DNA of 64,000 nucleotides. It comes from Terriglobia bacterium (GTDB taxonomy: Bacteria > Acidobacteriota > Terriglobia > 20CM-2-55-15). Location: NCBI GenBank assembly GCA_965198225.1, contig CBDAOY010000006.1, positions 352,001 to 416,000 of the forward strand, in the 5' to 3' direction. Shown here in pieces: positions 28,862 through 40,100 of the stretch. The position numbers were made by a program, and so were the translations under genes. Positions within the stretch are counted from its first letter, which is position 1. Every line of letters starts with the position of its first letter. The notes under the pieces were generated by a model, which worked only from the letters and a program-made list of their open reading frames with translations, did not search any database and was not told where the DNA came from.

Positions 28862-30715
28862 TCAGTGGTCACTTTCCTGCAAGAGCCAGAAATGTGCCAG
28901 GTAGCTGAAAACCGTGAACGCGAGTTGTTCACCGTCCGGAGAATATGCAGGCTGCGTCTTGTCGGAGGGATCGAACGTCAGCTGTACGGCCGGACCGCCC
29001 GACATCGGGGCACGGAAAATCTGGAAATATCCGTCGGGCGCCGGAGCGATGTAGGCTGCCCACTGGAAGTCGGGAGAGACACTCATTCCCGAGAAAATCT
29101 GATCGCTCTCGAATGTGTGAACCCGTTCCGGCGTTCCACCCTGCCGCGAAACGACGTAAATCCCCTGCTCGACGCCACCGTCGTAGCCCTCGAACACGAG
29201 CCGCTCACTGTCGGGCGCCCATTCCGCCTGGAACGGCTCTCCGTCATAGGTTCCGAGATCGAGCTGTCTCGGCCGGCCGGTGACCTGTCCCGACTCCTGA
29301 TCGATGCCGACAACGAAAAGGACGCCGCGCCATCCGCTTCCCTCGGGCACCATGCTCGGATATACGATCCAACGCCCGTCCGGAGACCACCGGGGCCAGC
29401 CGGTTTCATAACCATCGAACGAGAGTTGCCGGGCCGGCGAGGAACCGTCGGCGGGTTGCAGCCAGACGTCGTCGGATCCATCGGCGTGAGTATGGAAAAC
29501 GATCCACTTGCCATTCGGGGACCAGTGCATGCCCTGGTCTTCGGAATACGATGATCGCACCACGGTGCCGGGGACATCGGCCGCACCCTCGCCGAGCCGG
29601 ACGAAACCGATGTTCTGGGCGATGTCGGGATAGTTGATGTCGTCGATCGCGCGTCTCCATGTGCCGTAGGTAAACGCGATGCTCCGGCTGTCCCAGTCCC
29701 AGGAAGGTGTTTCGGACTGGAAGGTCGTGACGGCACTCGTGGCACCACCGCCCGCCGGCGACACGGCGATGAACACACGATAGTCCTGGGTCTTGAACAG
29801 CACGCTGCCATCGGCCCCGACGGTTGCACCGTAAGTGTCCCGGTCGAAGTGGGTGAGCTGCTCTGCCCGGCCCGTTCCCAGATCCCGGGCCCAAAGGTCG
29901 AGGGTACCCTCCTCATTCGGCGATCCGTAGTAGAGGCTTCGACCGTCGGTCGAGTAGGCGAGGGGTCCATACGCTTCGGGGGCTTCAGCGACATGTTCGC
30001 CCCCGGAACAGGACGGATCGATGAGCTGGACGTCACCGGCTCTCGAAAGACAGTCGAAACCCGAAGAATCCGGTCGCCACGCCGGAAAAGTCAGCCGTTT
30101 GTCGGAAAGCCGGATCCTGGCGGAACCTCCGTCTGCGTCGAAGATCCACACCATGGAACCCGCCTGTCCGGGTGCGAGGCCGACAAAGGTCTTTCCGTCG
30201 GGCGCCCACGCCAACTGGGTCAGTTCCCCGTCGGCGATCGTCGTCGGAGGGGCGCCATCGATCCCCGAGTCGAGGGTCCCTTCCAGTTGCGGCTGCTCCC
30301 ACAATGGCCGTCGGCCTCCGTCCTCGATGTCGTAGAGGAACCATCTGGCGGTTCCGCGATCGGGGGGGACTTCTCGTGCCGCAAACGTCCGACTGTCCGG
30401 AAGCCACGAGATATGGCTGACGTTGTTCCCCCCGGAACCGAGGTCGCGGACCGCGCCGCCTGCGACACGCTGAAATCTGAGTCGGGTCCCCGTGGTGTAT
30501 GCGAGCCAGACACCGTCGGGAGACATGAAGCCGAGCGGATCCCGGTAACCGACGGGACCGCGTTGACGGACGGTGGTGACGAACTGGAGGCGAGCCTGAT
30601 TGTCCTGGAGCGAACCGGCCGGCTCAGGACTGCAGGCTCCTGAGAAGAGCAGAGAGAGCGCCAGAAGCCCATGGTGGAACAGTACCGAGGGTCGCTGTTG
30701 TCTCGGGTCAACCAC
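28862..30715 (-). CDS. TolB-like/PD40 beta-propeller lipoprotein
   Basis: Repeated SPDG/WSPNG/YSPDG motifs, lipobox-like FSGAC. Start uncertain (GTG 30715 or ATG 30739). Confidence 0.8.
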   Translation of the reverse strand: MVDPRQQRPSVLFHHGLLALSLLFSGACSPEPAGSLQDNQARLQFVTTVRQRGPVGYRDPLGFMSPDGVWLAYTTGTRLRFQRVAGGAVRDLGSGGNNVSHISWLPDSRTFAAREVPPDRGTARWFLYDIEDGGRRPLWEQPQLEGTLDSGIDGAPPTTIADGELTQLAWAPDGKTFVGLAPGQAGSMVWIFDADGGSARIRLSDKRLTFPAWRPDSSGFDCLSRAGDVQLIDPSCSGGEHVAEAPEAYGPLAYSTDGRSLYYGSPNEEGTLDLWARDLGTGRAEQLTHFDRDTYGATVGADGSVLFKTQDYRVFIAVSPAGGGATSAVTTFQSETPSWDWDSRSIAFTYGTWRRAIDDINYPDIAQNIGFVRLGEGAADVPGTVVRSSYSEDQGMHWSPNGKWIVFHTHADGSDDVWLQPADGSSPARQLSFDGYETGWPRWSPDGRWIVYPSMVPEGSGWRGVLFVVGIDQESGQVTGRPRQLDLGTYDGEPFQAEWAPDSERLVFEGYDGGVEQGIYVVSRQGGTPERVHTFESDQIFSGMSVSPDFQWAAYIAPAPDGYFQIFRAPMSGGPAVQLTFDPSDKTQPAYSPDGEQLAFTVFSYLAHFWLLQESDH

Positions 30716-31574
30716 TGGCGATGAAGAGTCCCAGGCCATGGATAACGGAGAAGACCACCGCCAGGAAGGTCAGGCCCAGGCAGGCGATGGCCCCGAACAG
30801 GTGGTCTCCCCGCTCGGGCTTCAAAGGATCCAACCACATCGAAGAAGCATACCCGCCCACGAATCCGCCCAGGTGGGCCCAGTTGTCCACACCCTGCATG
30901 ACGAACCCAAAGATGAACAGGAAGATCGCATACATTCTCGCCTGCTGTCCGACCATGCTGCTGCCTCCGCGCCGGCTGTAGTAGATCAACGCGCCGAGAA
31001 GTCCGAATATCGACGCCGAAGCACCGATCGTCCATCCCGCTCCACTGAAGAACCCGGGCAGGAACCGACCAGCCATGGTACTGGCAAAGAACCCGACGAC
31101 ACCCGAAACGGTATAAATGATGATCATGCGGCTGAGACCGTAGAACTCGATGACAGCCGGGCCGATCTGACGGACCCACATCATGTTGAAGAAGATGTGC
31201 AGGAGGCCGCCGTGAAGCCACGACGCGCTCAAAAACGTCCACCATCGACCGAGCTCAAAAACCGGGGTGGCCCCGCTGGCGCCGAACAGGAACAGACCTC
31301 GGATGCTCGGAGACAGGAAACCCAGCATACCGCCCATCTGGATACCGCCCGGGTCGACAACGAGAGATGCGATGAAAAGGATCGAGCAGGACACCAGGAC
31401 GAATTGGGGAAAGGTTTCGGCGAGGTCGCCGCGTCCGAGCCGCGCAAGGACGGGCGCAAACCCCCACAAGCCGGGGTTCCGTCGCCCGCAGTTGAGACAC
31501 TCGTCATCGTTGACGCCGACCAGCAAACCGCAGGACGGGCATACGACCGAGCCTTCTGTCTTACGTCCGAGCAT
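30708..31574 (-). CDS. Rhomboid family intramembrane serine protease with N-terminal zinc ribbon
   Basis: CPSC..CLNC; LHGGLLHIFFNM, GASAS, DNWAHLGG. Confidence 0.92.
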   Translation of the reverse strand: MLGRKTEGSVVCPSCGLLVGVNDDECLNCGRRNPGLWGFAPVLARLGRGDLAETFPQFVLVSCSILFIASLVVDPGGIQMGGMLGFLSPSIRGLFLFGASGATPVFELGRWWTFLSASWLHGGLLHIFFNMMWVRQIGPAVIEFYGLSRMIIIYTVSGVVGFFASTMAGRFLPGFFSGAGWTIGASASIFGLLGALIYYSRRGGSSMVGQQARMYAIFLFIFGFVMQGVDNWAHLGGFVGGYASSMWLDPLKPERGDHLFGAIACLGLTFLAVVFSVIHGLGLFIASG

Positions 31575-31753
31575 CTGCTGTCGAGTATACCGGAATCCAG
31601 TGTGGTGCCGAGCTATGCGTCGGGTCCCGCAAGCCGGGCGGTCGCGAGTGATTCGTCGAGGGTATTAAAACGGAGGCGCGGAGACACGGAGGCTGAACAG
31701 GATCTCGGTGCCTCTGTGCCTCCGTGGTTACTTTTTTCCTACGTTACAGGCCA

Positions 31754-33091
31754 CTACACGCGCTCGAATATCTCCGGTTCGAACTCCTGGAGGAACGTCT
31801 CGTGTAGCCGGCGCAGGACCGTGTCGGCCTGACTCTCTTCGACGACGAAGCTCAGGTTGATGTTGGACGCACCCTGAGAAATCATCCGGATGTTGATGTC
31901 GTTGAGGCAGCCAAACGCCCGCGCCGCGATGCCTGGCGTATTCCTCAGGTTCGTCCCCACCATACACACCAGAGCCATGGCTCGCTCGGCCCGAACATCG
32001 CCGAGCTTGCCCAGGTCGGCGACGATCTTATCCAGCGGGCGATCGTCGTCCATCGTCAGCGACACCGACACCTCAGAAGTCGTAATCACGTCCACACTGG
32101 CGCCATGTCGATCGAACACCTCGAACAGGACCCGCAGGAAACCATGCGCCCCGAGCATCCTGGAGGACGTGATGGTTACGACCGTCAGGCCTTTCTTGCA
32201 GGCGAACGACTTGATCGGGTTGAGCCCGGCCGGTGCGTGATCACTGATCGACGTCCCGCTTCGATCGGGCTTGAGCGAGTTGAGCACGCGTACCGTTATG
32301 CCCTTCTCCACAGCCGGTAACACGGTGGAGGGATGTAGGACCTTGGCGCCGAAATAGGCCAGCTCCGAGGCCTCGTCAAATGACATCTGCTTGATCTTCC
32401 ACGCGTCAGTCACGATCCGCGGATCCGCCGTCATCATGCCATCCACATCGGTCCAGATCTGGATCTCGTCGGCGCCGAGGCACGCTCCGATCAGTGCCGC
32501 AGAAAAGTCTGAACCTCCACGTCCCAGCGTCGTCGTTTCACCGGATGTGGTCGAGCCGACGTAACCTCCCGTGACGACCACCCGTCCCTGCTCGATCTGG
32601 GGCCGTACACGGTCGTCGACCCGTTTCTGCGTTTCGGCAAGAAGCGGATTTGCCTTCGTGAAACTCCGATCGGTGACGATGCACTCCCTCGGATCGAGGT
32701 GAACGGTCTTCGCTTTGCTGGCCAATCGTCGTTCGAAGATCTTCGCCGACAGGATCTCGCCATAAGAAGCAATCGCGTCTTCCTCGGCGGGTGTCAGAGC
32801 ACCCGAGGCATGGACGCTATCGAGGACCGCCTCGAGCCCTTCGAATTCGGGAGCGAGAGTGGGAAGCAGATCCGTATGGCGCTCCCGCAGGGCAGCAACG
32901 ATACCAAGGGCTGCGTCGCGCGACCCTTCTGCCGCGAATCGAGACGCCTCGATCAGATCGTTAGTTACCCCGCCGAGGGCGCTGACGACAACCACTGGGC
33001 CGAGTTCTACTCGATCGGCAACGATGGCACATGCCCGATCGATCGCCTGAGCGTCCTTGACGGAGGTCCCGCCGAACTTCATCACAATCAT
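31754..33091 (-). CDS. lysC: Aspartate kinase
   Basis: MKFGGTSV, TTLGRGGSD, WTDVDG..ADPR, AYFGAKVLHP, two ACT domains. Confidence 0.95.
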   Translation of the reverse strand: MIVMKFGGTSVKDAQAIDRACAIVADRVELGPVVVVSALGGVTNDLIEASRFAAEGSRDAALGIVAALRERHTDLLPTLAPEFEGLEAVLDSVHASGALTPAEEDAIASYGEILSAKIFERRLASKAKTVHLDPRECIVTDRSFTKANPLLAETQKRVDDRVRPQIEQGRVVVTGGYVGSTTSGETTTLGRGGSDFSAALIGACLGADEIQIWTDVDGMMTADPRIVTDAWKIKQMSFDEASELAYFGAKVLHPSTVLPAVEKGITVRVLNSLKPDRSGTSISDHAPAGLNPIKSFACKKGLTVVTITSSRMLGAHGFLRVLFEVFDRHGASVDVITTSEVSVSLTMDDDRPLDKIVADLGKLGDVRAERAMALVCMVGTNLRNTPGIAARAFGCLNDINIRMISQGASNINLSFVVEESQADTVLRRLHETFLQEFEPEIFERV

Positions 33092-33192
33092 GGTTTTGAG
33101 ACTATCACTGAGGGGGTCGTGGGCAACGTAAGCTCAAATGGGCAGAGGACAGGCGAATCATCGGCTGTTCTCGGACCCCGTGCGGCTTGCTG

Positions 33193-34116
33193 CTAGGGCT
33201 CGTTCGATGTCTCTCCGGCGATCGCTGCTCTGATCGCTTTGACGGTCTGATCGGCACGGAAGTCCATCAACTTGTTGCCGATTTCGATCGTCTCGTCCTT
33301 CGGGTCGATGCTCAGACCGTTGATCGTCGCCTTGCCCGCCGCGACGCGCTGATCGTAGCGAACCGACGTCGGATCGGTGACCATCATAAGCGAGGTGATC
33401 ACGTAATCGTCGTGAATACCGTCGTTCGTCGGCTGAACGATCCCCAGTTCGCTCTCCATCCACTCGGTCACCTCGCGGTACCGGTAGAACTCAGGGATGT
33501 AGTGGGCCGCAGCCTCGCCCCAGCGCTCGTTCAAGGCTTTGGCGGTGTTCTCCATGCCACTCTGGTTTCCACCGCTGTCGCCGAAGAAGATGAGGTGCTC
33601 AAAGCCCTGAGCCTTCAGGCTGCTGGCAATGTCATCGAGCATCATCTCGTAAGTCTCCTGCCGGAGACTGATAGTTCCCGGGTAGCGCATGTGGCCCGAC
33701 GGGGGGTTGTGGTCCCCTTCCGGCACCAGCGCGACAACAGGGGCGCACAACGCGTTTCCGAGCTTTCTCGCGATGCGCTCACAAGCTCCCCGCAACACGT
33801 AGTTGTGTTTGCCGGTCGCCAGGTACGGACCGTTTTGCTCGATCCCGCCGGTTGGGATCAAAGCGGTCGTTCTCCCGGTTGCCATCGCATCCCGCACTTC
33901 CATCCAGGTCAGCTCTTCAATCCAGATCGAATCCAGGGCGGCGATCGGTCGTGGCGATTTCAGCGTCTCGGCAAGCTGGCGTGCCTGTTCCGCCTGCCGG
34001 GCGGCCCGCTGTTCCGGGGTCAAGTTGCCCCGCCCTCTGCCCCGCTGCGCATCGGCAAATGTCGCGACTCCGAACGCCAACGCCACGATCACCGCGACAG
34101 ACAATACCTGTCTCAT
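33193..34116 (-). CDS. Creatininase family protein with signal peptide
   Basis: IEELTW, PTGGIEQNGPYL..GKH, PGTISL, GDSGGN, GIHDD; SD gaggagg before ATG 34116. Confidence 0.88.
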   Translation of the reverse strand: MRQVLSVAVIVALAFGVATFADAQRGRGRGNLTPEQRAARQAEQARQLAETLKSPRPIAALDSIWIEELTWMEVRDAMATGRTTALIPTGGIEQNGPYLATGKHNYVLRGACERIARKLGNALCAPVVALVPEGDHNPPSGHMRYPGTISLRQETYEMMLDDIASSLKAQGFEHLIFFGDSGGNQSGMENTAKALNERWGEAAAHYIPEFYRYREVTEWMESELGIVQPTNDGIHDDYVITSLMMVTDPTSVRYDQRVAAGKATINGLSIDPKDETIEIGNKLMDFRADQTVKAIRAAIAGETSNEP

Positions 34117-34172
34117 TACGTCCTCCTCAACTGACTCTCTACCCGTGGCTCTCCGGCGATGCCCCACACCAA

Positions 34173-35417
34173 TCAGTCCGAATAGTCCCTCGATGACATG
34201 ATTGCCGTTCGCAGGTAAGAAGGATTCCCGGCCTCTGTCCATGCCAGGACCAACCGCTCGGAATCTCCGACCAGTTGCGGGAATCCGCTGGAACGTTCTT
34301 CACTGTTGTTGGCTACGGTCCAGAATCCTACCACGGTACCGCCGTGATCGACCTGTTTCAGGCGTACCTCGGCGCCATCGTCGGTTTGCTCCATCCACGC
34401 TACGAACGCCGAGGAGGATAGCCTCAAGACCTCAACTCGGCCCAGCGGTCGGCCGTCATCGATCCGGACCGGTGTCTGGAACGTTTCTCCCGCGTCGTCG
34501 GAAAAGACCAGCCACACTGCGGGCTCGGCGCGAGCACTCGTAAACCACGAGACCGCCACGTCCTCATCCGACGCGGATATCGAGGGACCGTTCACGGGAC
34601 AGCCGTATATCTCCCACCCGTCCTCGGATAGTGCGCGGGGCTCCGACCACGCACCGTCCCGGTAGCTCAGGATCGAAATGTCCCGGATCTCGCCAGCGGA
34701 CCGATCGCGATAGACAAGGAGCTGCCCCCCGGGTACCGGCGCGGCCGACGTCTGACAGCATTCACAGACACGATCATCGAGCAGGGTCTCGGAGTGGACC
34801 GACCCGTCTGGACGGATCAGCGCGTGCATCAGGGACATGTCCCCGCCGTCGGGATCCGCCATCTGCCTTCCATCCAACCAGGCCGCCGACACCAAACCAT
34901 CCTCTGTGGGAAGCATGGAAACAAAGCCGTGCTCGGTTTCGGTTCCGTCGCTGTGAGGTGTGACCGGATCGTCCCAGCTTCGGCCGCCATCGTCCGACAA
35001 CGCAACACGGACGCCGTACGCGTACGTGTCCGGACCGGTCTTCGCGAGCCAGTGGGCAGCCAACCGCCCTCCGGGCAACGGGATCAACGATGGGAAATCG
35101 GCCCAGTTCACGAACCAGTCGGCTCCTTCGGCCACCGTTTCCGGACTCGACCATTCCACGCCACCCCGCTCGAGAACGGAAAACCGCAGCCTGTCCCGAC
35201 CCTCGTGTCCCGGTTCGATCCAACTCAACAGAACCCGTCCTTCGGAGTCCATCGACAGGTTTGGCTCGGCGGCGCCGGCGCCCGCCGGCGCGTCTATCAT
35301 CGGAATCGATCGGGGCTCGGAGAGATCGGCCGGCTGGGTAGCACAACCCGCGAAGAGGCTCAGAATCAGGCAGGAAAAGAGCCAACGTTGGAAGGAAGAC
35401 ATAGGGGAGTATGGCAT
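34173..35417 (-). CDS. Sialidase-like (BNR/Asp-box) lipoprotein
   Basis: Lipobox FAGC; Asp boxes SDDGGRSW and SDDAGETF; WADFPS, VCECCQT, GCPVNGP. Confidence 0.8.
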   Translation of the reverse strand: MPYSPMSSFQRWLFSCLILSLFAGCATQPADLSEPRSIPMIDAPAGAGAAEPNLSMDSEGRVLLSWIEPGHEGRDRLRFSVLERGGVEWSSPETVAEGADWFVNWADFPSLIPLPGGRLAAHWLAKTGPDTYAYGVRVALSDDGGRSWDDPVTPHSDGTETEHGFVSMLPTEDGLVSAAWLDGRQMADPDGGDMSLMHALIRPDGSVHSETLLDDRVCECCQTSAAPVPGGQLLVYRDRSAGEIRDISILSYRDGAWSEPRALSEDGWEIYGCPVNGPSISASDEDVAVSWFTSARAEPAVWLVFSDDAGETFQTPVRIDDGRPLGRVEVLRLSSSAFVAWMEQTDDGAEVRLKQVDHGGTVVGFWTVANNSEERSSGFPQLVGDSERLVLAWTEAGNPSYLRTAIMSSRDYSD

Positions 35418-35442
35418 AGGCTGCGGAAGGTGACGAGTGGTT

Positions 35443-35709
35443 GTAGGTGCGCTCTATGAAGCTGTGAACGAATTATGGGAACGGAAAATCGGCTGGCGGG
35501 GCTTTTCACGTGTAGGTGCGGTCTATGACCGCACAACTTGTGGTCCCGCGAGCATTTGTGCGCTCATAGAGCGCACCTACACTTGAGGATCGCAGGTTCT
35601 TCATGAAAAGCCCCGCCACCCGATTCTCCAACAAATGACATTCGTTCACAGCTTGTATGAGCGCGCGTCGTGTCGGTCCGGAAAATGTGCGGTCATAGAC
35701 CGCACCTAC
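35443..35709. repeat. REPIN whose left REP is interrupted by a MITE
   Basis: gtaggtgcgctcTA[insert]TAtgagcgc ... gtgcggtcatagaccgcacctac. Confidence 0.8.
35457..35655. mobile_element. ~198-bp MITE (family B, copy 1) with TA duplication, carrying an internal REPIN
   Basis: TIR aagctgtgaacgaat / attcgttcacagctt; inner IR ggcggggcttttca / tgaaaagccccgcc; REPIN at 35512-35580; near-identical inverted copy at 62059-62255. Confidence 0.85.
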
Positions 35710-35716
35710 ACCATTC

Positions 35717-37153
35717 TTACGGCAACTCCGTAGTGCCCATCAAATACTCATCGATCCCGCGAGCGGCAACACGGCCCTCCTGGATGGCCCAAACGATGAG
35801 GGACTGGCCGCGCGCCATGTCACCTGCCGCAAAGACGCCGTCGACATTCGTCATCATCCGCTCGTCGGTGGCCACGTTGCCTCGATCGGTCAGATCGACG
35901 CCGAGTTGCGAGAGCATGCCTTCCTTTTCGGGGCCGACGAAGCCCATCGCCAGCAGCACGAGATCGACTTCCATTTCAAATTCCGAACCGGGAACTTGGT
36001 CGACCTGCAGGCGGCCGACCTCGTCCCTACTGATCTGGGCTCTGACCCCGTGCAGCTTCTCGACGTTTCCATCCGAGCCCGAAAACCGCGTCGTGGAAAC
36101 GTTGTATTCCCGGACTCCCCCCTCCTCGTGGGCCGAGGAAGTGCGGAAGATGTTGGGCCAAGTGGGCCAGGGATTGTCCGGCGCTCTTTCGCCGGGCGGC
36201 CGGTCGAGCAGTTCGAGTTGATGAATCGAATGAGCACCCTGGCGATGGGCCGTGCCGAGACAGTCCGCCCCGGTATCGCCGCCGCCGATGATAACAACCT
36301 TCTTGTCGCGCGCGGTGATGAACTTCTTTTCGGGTATGTCATCTCCCTCGCAGCGCTGGTTCTGCAGGGGGAGGTAGTCCATCGCAAAGTGAATACCGTC
36401 GAGATCCCTGCCTGGCACGGACAGATCGCGCGACGCCGTCGCGCCCCCGGCCAGCAGGAGCGCGTCGTAGTCGGACCGCAGCTCGTCGACCTGGATGTTG
36501 ACACCGACGTTGGCGTCGGTTCGAAACTCGACGCCTTCTGTCTCCAGCAGATCAAGCCGACGGTCGAGGAGTCGCTTTTCCATCTTGAAATCCGGGATGC
36601 CGTAACGAAGCAGGCCCCCGATACGGTCGTCACGCTCAAAAACGGTAACGGTGTGGCCGGCGCGATTCAACAGGTCAGCCGCGGCCAGACCGGCCGGCCC
36701 CGAACCGACCACCCCGACTTTCCTACCGGTCCGAGACTCCGGAGGCTTGGCCTTGATCCAACCATTCTCGAACGCGCGGTCGACGATCGTAACCTCGATT
36801 TGCTTGATCGTGACGGCATCGTCGTTGATGCCCAGCACGCAGGAACCCTCGCAGGGAGCCGGGCAGAGGCGGCCGGTGAACTCGGGGAAATTGTTGGTCG
36901 CCGACAGTCGTTCGATCGCTTCCTTCCATTGGTTGCGGTGAACCAGGTCGTTCCAATCCGGAATGATGTTTCCCAGCGGGCAACCCTCCTGGCAGAAAGG
37001 AATGCCGCAATCCATGCAGCGAGCCGACTGGCGTCGGAGCTCATCTTCAGGAAAGTCCCGGTAGACCTCCCCCCAGTCCTTCAACCTCTCGGCGATCGGG
37101 CGGCGGTCCGGAACGACGCGGGCAATCTCGAGGAAACCGGACGGGTCACCCAT
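35717..37153 (-). CDS. gltD: Glutamate synthase small subunit
   Basis: [45 protein letters not shown]. Confidence 0.97.
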   Translation of the reverse strand: MGDPSGFLEIARVVPDRRPIAERLKDWGEVYRDFPEDELRRQSARCMDCGIPFCQEGCPLGNIIPDWNDLVHRNQWKEAIERLSATNNFPEFTGRLCPAPCEGSCVLGINDDAVTIKQIEVTIVDRAFENGWIKAKPPESRTGRKVGVVGSGPAGLAAADLLNRAGHTVTVFERDDRIGGLLRYGIPDFKMEKRLLDRRLDLLETEGVEFRTDANVGVNIQVDELRSDYDALLLAGGATASRDLSVPGRDLDGIHFAMDYLPLQNQRCEGDDIPEKKFITARDKKVVIIGGGDTGADCLGTAHRQGAHSIHQLELLDRPPGERAPDNPWPTWPNIFRTSSAHEEGGVREYNVSTTRFSGSDGNVEKLHGVRAQISRDEVGRLQVDQVPGSEFEMEVDLVLLAMGFVGPEKEGMLSQLGVDLTDRGNVATDERMMTNVDGVFAAGDMARGQSLIVWAIQEGRVAARGIDEYLMGTTELP

Positions 37154-40100
37154 GCTGGACCATCTCTTTGTGCTTGCCGCTTCGCTCGTTCAGGACGCGC
37201 CGATAATCCAGGGGCATCACCTTGACGAATCGACTCCGGTTCTCCCCCCAGTGTTCGAGTATGTCCCGCGCGTAATCGCTGTCGGTGTAGTTGACGTGAC
37301 GCTCGATGACGAAACGCACGAAGCTCTCTTCGGCTGCTATGTCCAGGCGTTCGAGGTCGACCATCTCGAGGTTACAGTGTTGGGCAAAGTCCCCCTCGAG
37401 GTCGAGGACGTAGGCGATCCCACCGCTCATCCCGGCGGCAAAGTTTCTCCCGGTTCGGCCCAGAACCACCACTCGCCCGCCGGTCATGTATTCACAGCCG
37501 TGGTCCCCGACGCCTTCAACAACGGTTACGGCCCCGCTGTTTCGTACGGCGAAACGCTCGCCGGCGACGCCACGGATGAACACCTCGCCGCCCGTCGCTC
37601 CATAGAGGACCACGTTACCGACGATGATGTTCTCCTCGGGTAAGAAATCGGATTCCTTGGGCGGATACACGATGATACGGCCACCGGATAGCCCCTTCGC
37701 CATGTAATCGTTGGCGTCTCCTTCCAGAGTCAACGTCATCCCCTGGGGAACGAATGCGCCGAAGCTCTGACCTGCGGAGCCCGTGAAGTGAGCACGGATG
37801 GTGTCCTCGGGAAGACCGTCCGCGCCGTAACGGCGCGACACTTCGCTGCCGAGCATCGTGCACGTCGTCCGGTTCGAATTGCGGATGGGCATCTCGATCT
37901 CCAACGGGTGTTTTTTCTCCAGAGCTTCGGACGCGAGCTCGATGAGTCGATTGTCGAGGACCGAGGCGATCCCGTGATCCTGCTCCTTCATCTTCCGTGT
38001 CCCCACCGAAGGCGAGACGTTCGGACGGTAGAGGATCGGCGTCAGATCGAGTTTCTTTCCCTTCCAGTGGTCGATGGCCTTTCTTGTTTCGAGCCGATCC
38101 ATCCGGCCCACCATCTCGTCCACCGTGCGGAATCCAAGCCTGGCCATCAGCTCACGAACTTCCTCTGCGACGAAGCGGAAGTAGTTCACGACGTGCTCTG
38201 CGTCGCCGTCAAACTTTTTGCGTAAACGGGAATCCTGCGTTGCTATCCCGACCGGGCAGGTATTCAGATGACAGACGCGCATCATGATGCACCCGGTAAC
38301 GATCAAGGCAGCGGTCGAAAAACCGTATTCCTCTGCGCCCAGCAGAGTGGCGATGACCACGTCACGACCGGTTTTCAGCTGGCCGTCAGTCTGCACGATG
38401 ATCCGGCTGCGGAGATCGTTCGCCACAAGTACCTGGTGCGTTTCGGCGAGGCCGAGTTCCCAGGGAATGCCCGCATGCTTGATGCTTGTCAGGGGGGAGG
38501 CACCCGTGCCCCCGCTGTCACCGGAGATCAGCACCACGTCGGAGTGCGCCTTCGACACACCAGCCGCAACTGTTCCCACGCCAACCTCGGCGACCAGCTT
38601 CACGCTGATGCGCGCGCGGGGGTTGGAGTTCTTGAGGTCGAAGATCAGTTGCGCCAGGTCTTCGATCGAATAGATGTCGTGGTGGGGTGGCGGCGAGATG
38701 AGTCCCACGCCAGGCGTGGAATAGCGTACCCGCGCGATGTTCTCGTCGACCTTGTATCCGGGAAGCTGCCCGCCTTCCCCGGGCTTGGCTCCCTGCGCCA
38801 TCTTGATCTGGAGTTCCCGGGAGTTGACCAGATACTCGCCGGTCACCCCGAACCGTCCCGAAGCCACCTGTTTGATCGCACTCGAGCGGGAGTCCCCGTT
38901 CGGGTCGGGTGTGAAGCGGGCGGGATCCTCGCCGCCCTCACCGGTGTTGCTCTTTCCTCCGATGCGGTTCATGGCGATCGCGAGCGTTTCATGCGCTTCC
39001 TTGCTGATCGACCCGAACGACATGGCGCCGGTGGCAAAGCGGGTGACGATCGAGTCGACGGGTTCGACCTCGTCGATCGGGACAGGTTCATCGGCGAACT
39101 TGAAATCGAGGAGACCGCGGAGCGTGCAGAGACGGCGGTCGGTCCGGTTGGCCGCCTCACTGAACTTCTTGAAGAGAGAATAGTCGTTCCGGCGCGTGGA
39201 GTATTGCAGCATGTGGATCGTTGCGGGGTTGTACATGTGGTACTCCCCCTCCCGACGCCACTGGTACTGGCCACCCCACTCCAGGTCCGGACTGCGTACA
39301 GGGCGCTCCGGGAACGCCCTGCGGTGATGGGCCAGGATCTCTTCGGCGATTTCGGTAAGCCCGATGCCGTCGATTCTGGACGCGGTCCAGGTGAAGTACC
39401 GATCGACGAACTCCTGGTTCAACCCGATCGCCTCGAAGATCTGAGCGCCACGGTAGCTCTGCAGCGTGGAGATGCCCATCTTCGACATCACCTTGACGAT
39501 TCCTTTCTTGACCGCCTTGATGTAGTGGTTGATCGCCTCCGAGTGCGTCACCTCGATGAGGTTCTCGCGGATCAGGTCGTCCAGCGTTTCGAACGCCAGG
39601 TACGGGTTGATTGCCGTTGCTCCATAGCCGATCAGGAGACAGTAGTGATGCACTTCTCGGGCTTCGCCGGTCTCGACGACGATGGCAGCCCGTGTCCTCT
39701 TCCCCTCCCGTACAAGATGATGATGCAAACCGGCGACGGCGAGCAGGCTGGGAATCGGCGAGAACTCCCGGTCGACTCCACGGTCTGAAAGGACAAGAAT
39801 GTTCACGCCTTCGTCGATTGCGCGACTCGCGTCCCGGCACAATTCGTCCAGAACCCGCTCCATGCCTGCGGCCCTCTCGCTGACGGGAAACACCATCGAC
39901 AGTGTCTCAGCGCTGAAGCCGGGCCGGCTGATCTGGCTGAGCCTGGCCAACTCGGCGTTGTCGAGGATAGGAGACAGCATCTTGATCTGCTGGCAGCTCT
40001 CGGGATCGGGATGGAGCAGGTTTCGCTCGGCGCCGACGTAGCTGATCGTCGACGTCACGAGTTCTTCCCGGATCGCATCCAGTGGAGGATTCGTGACCTG

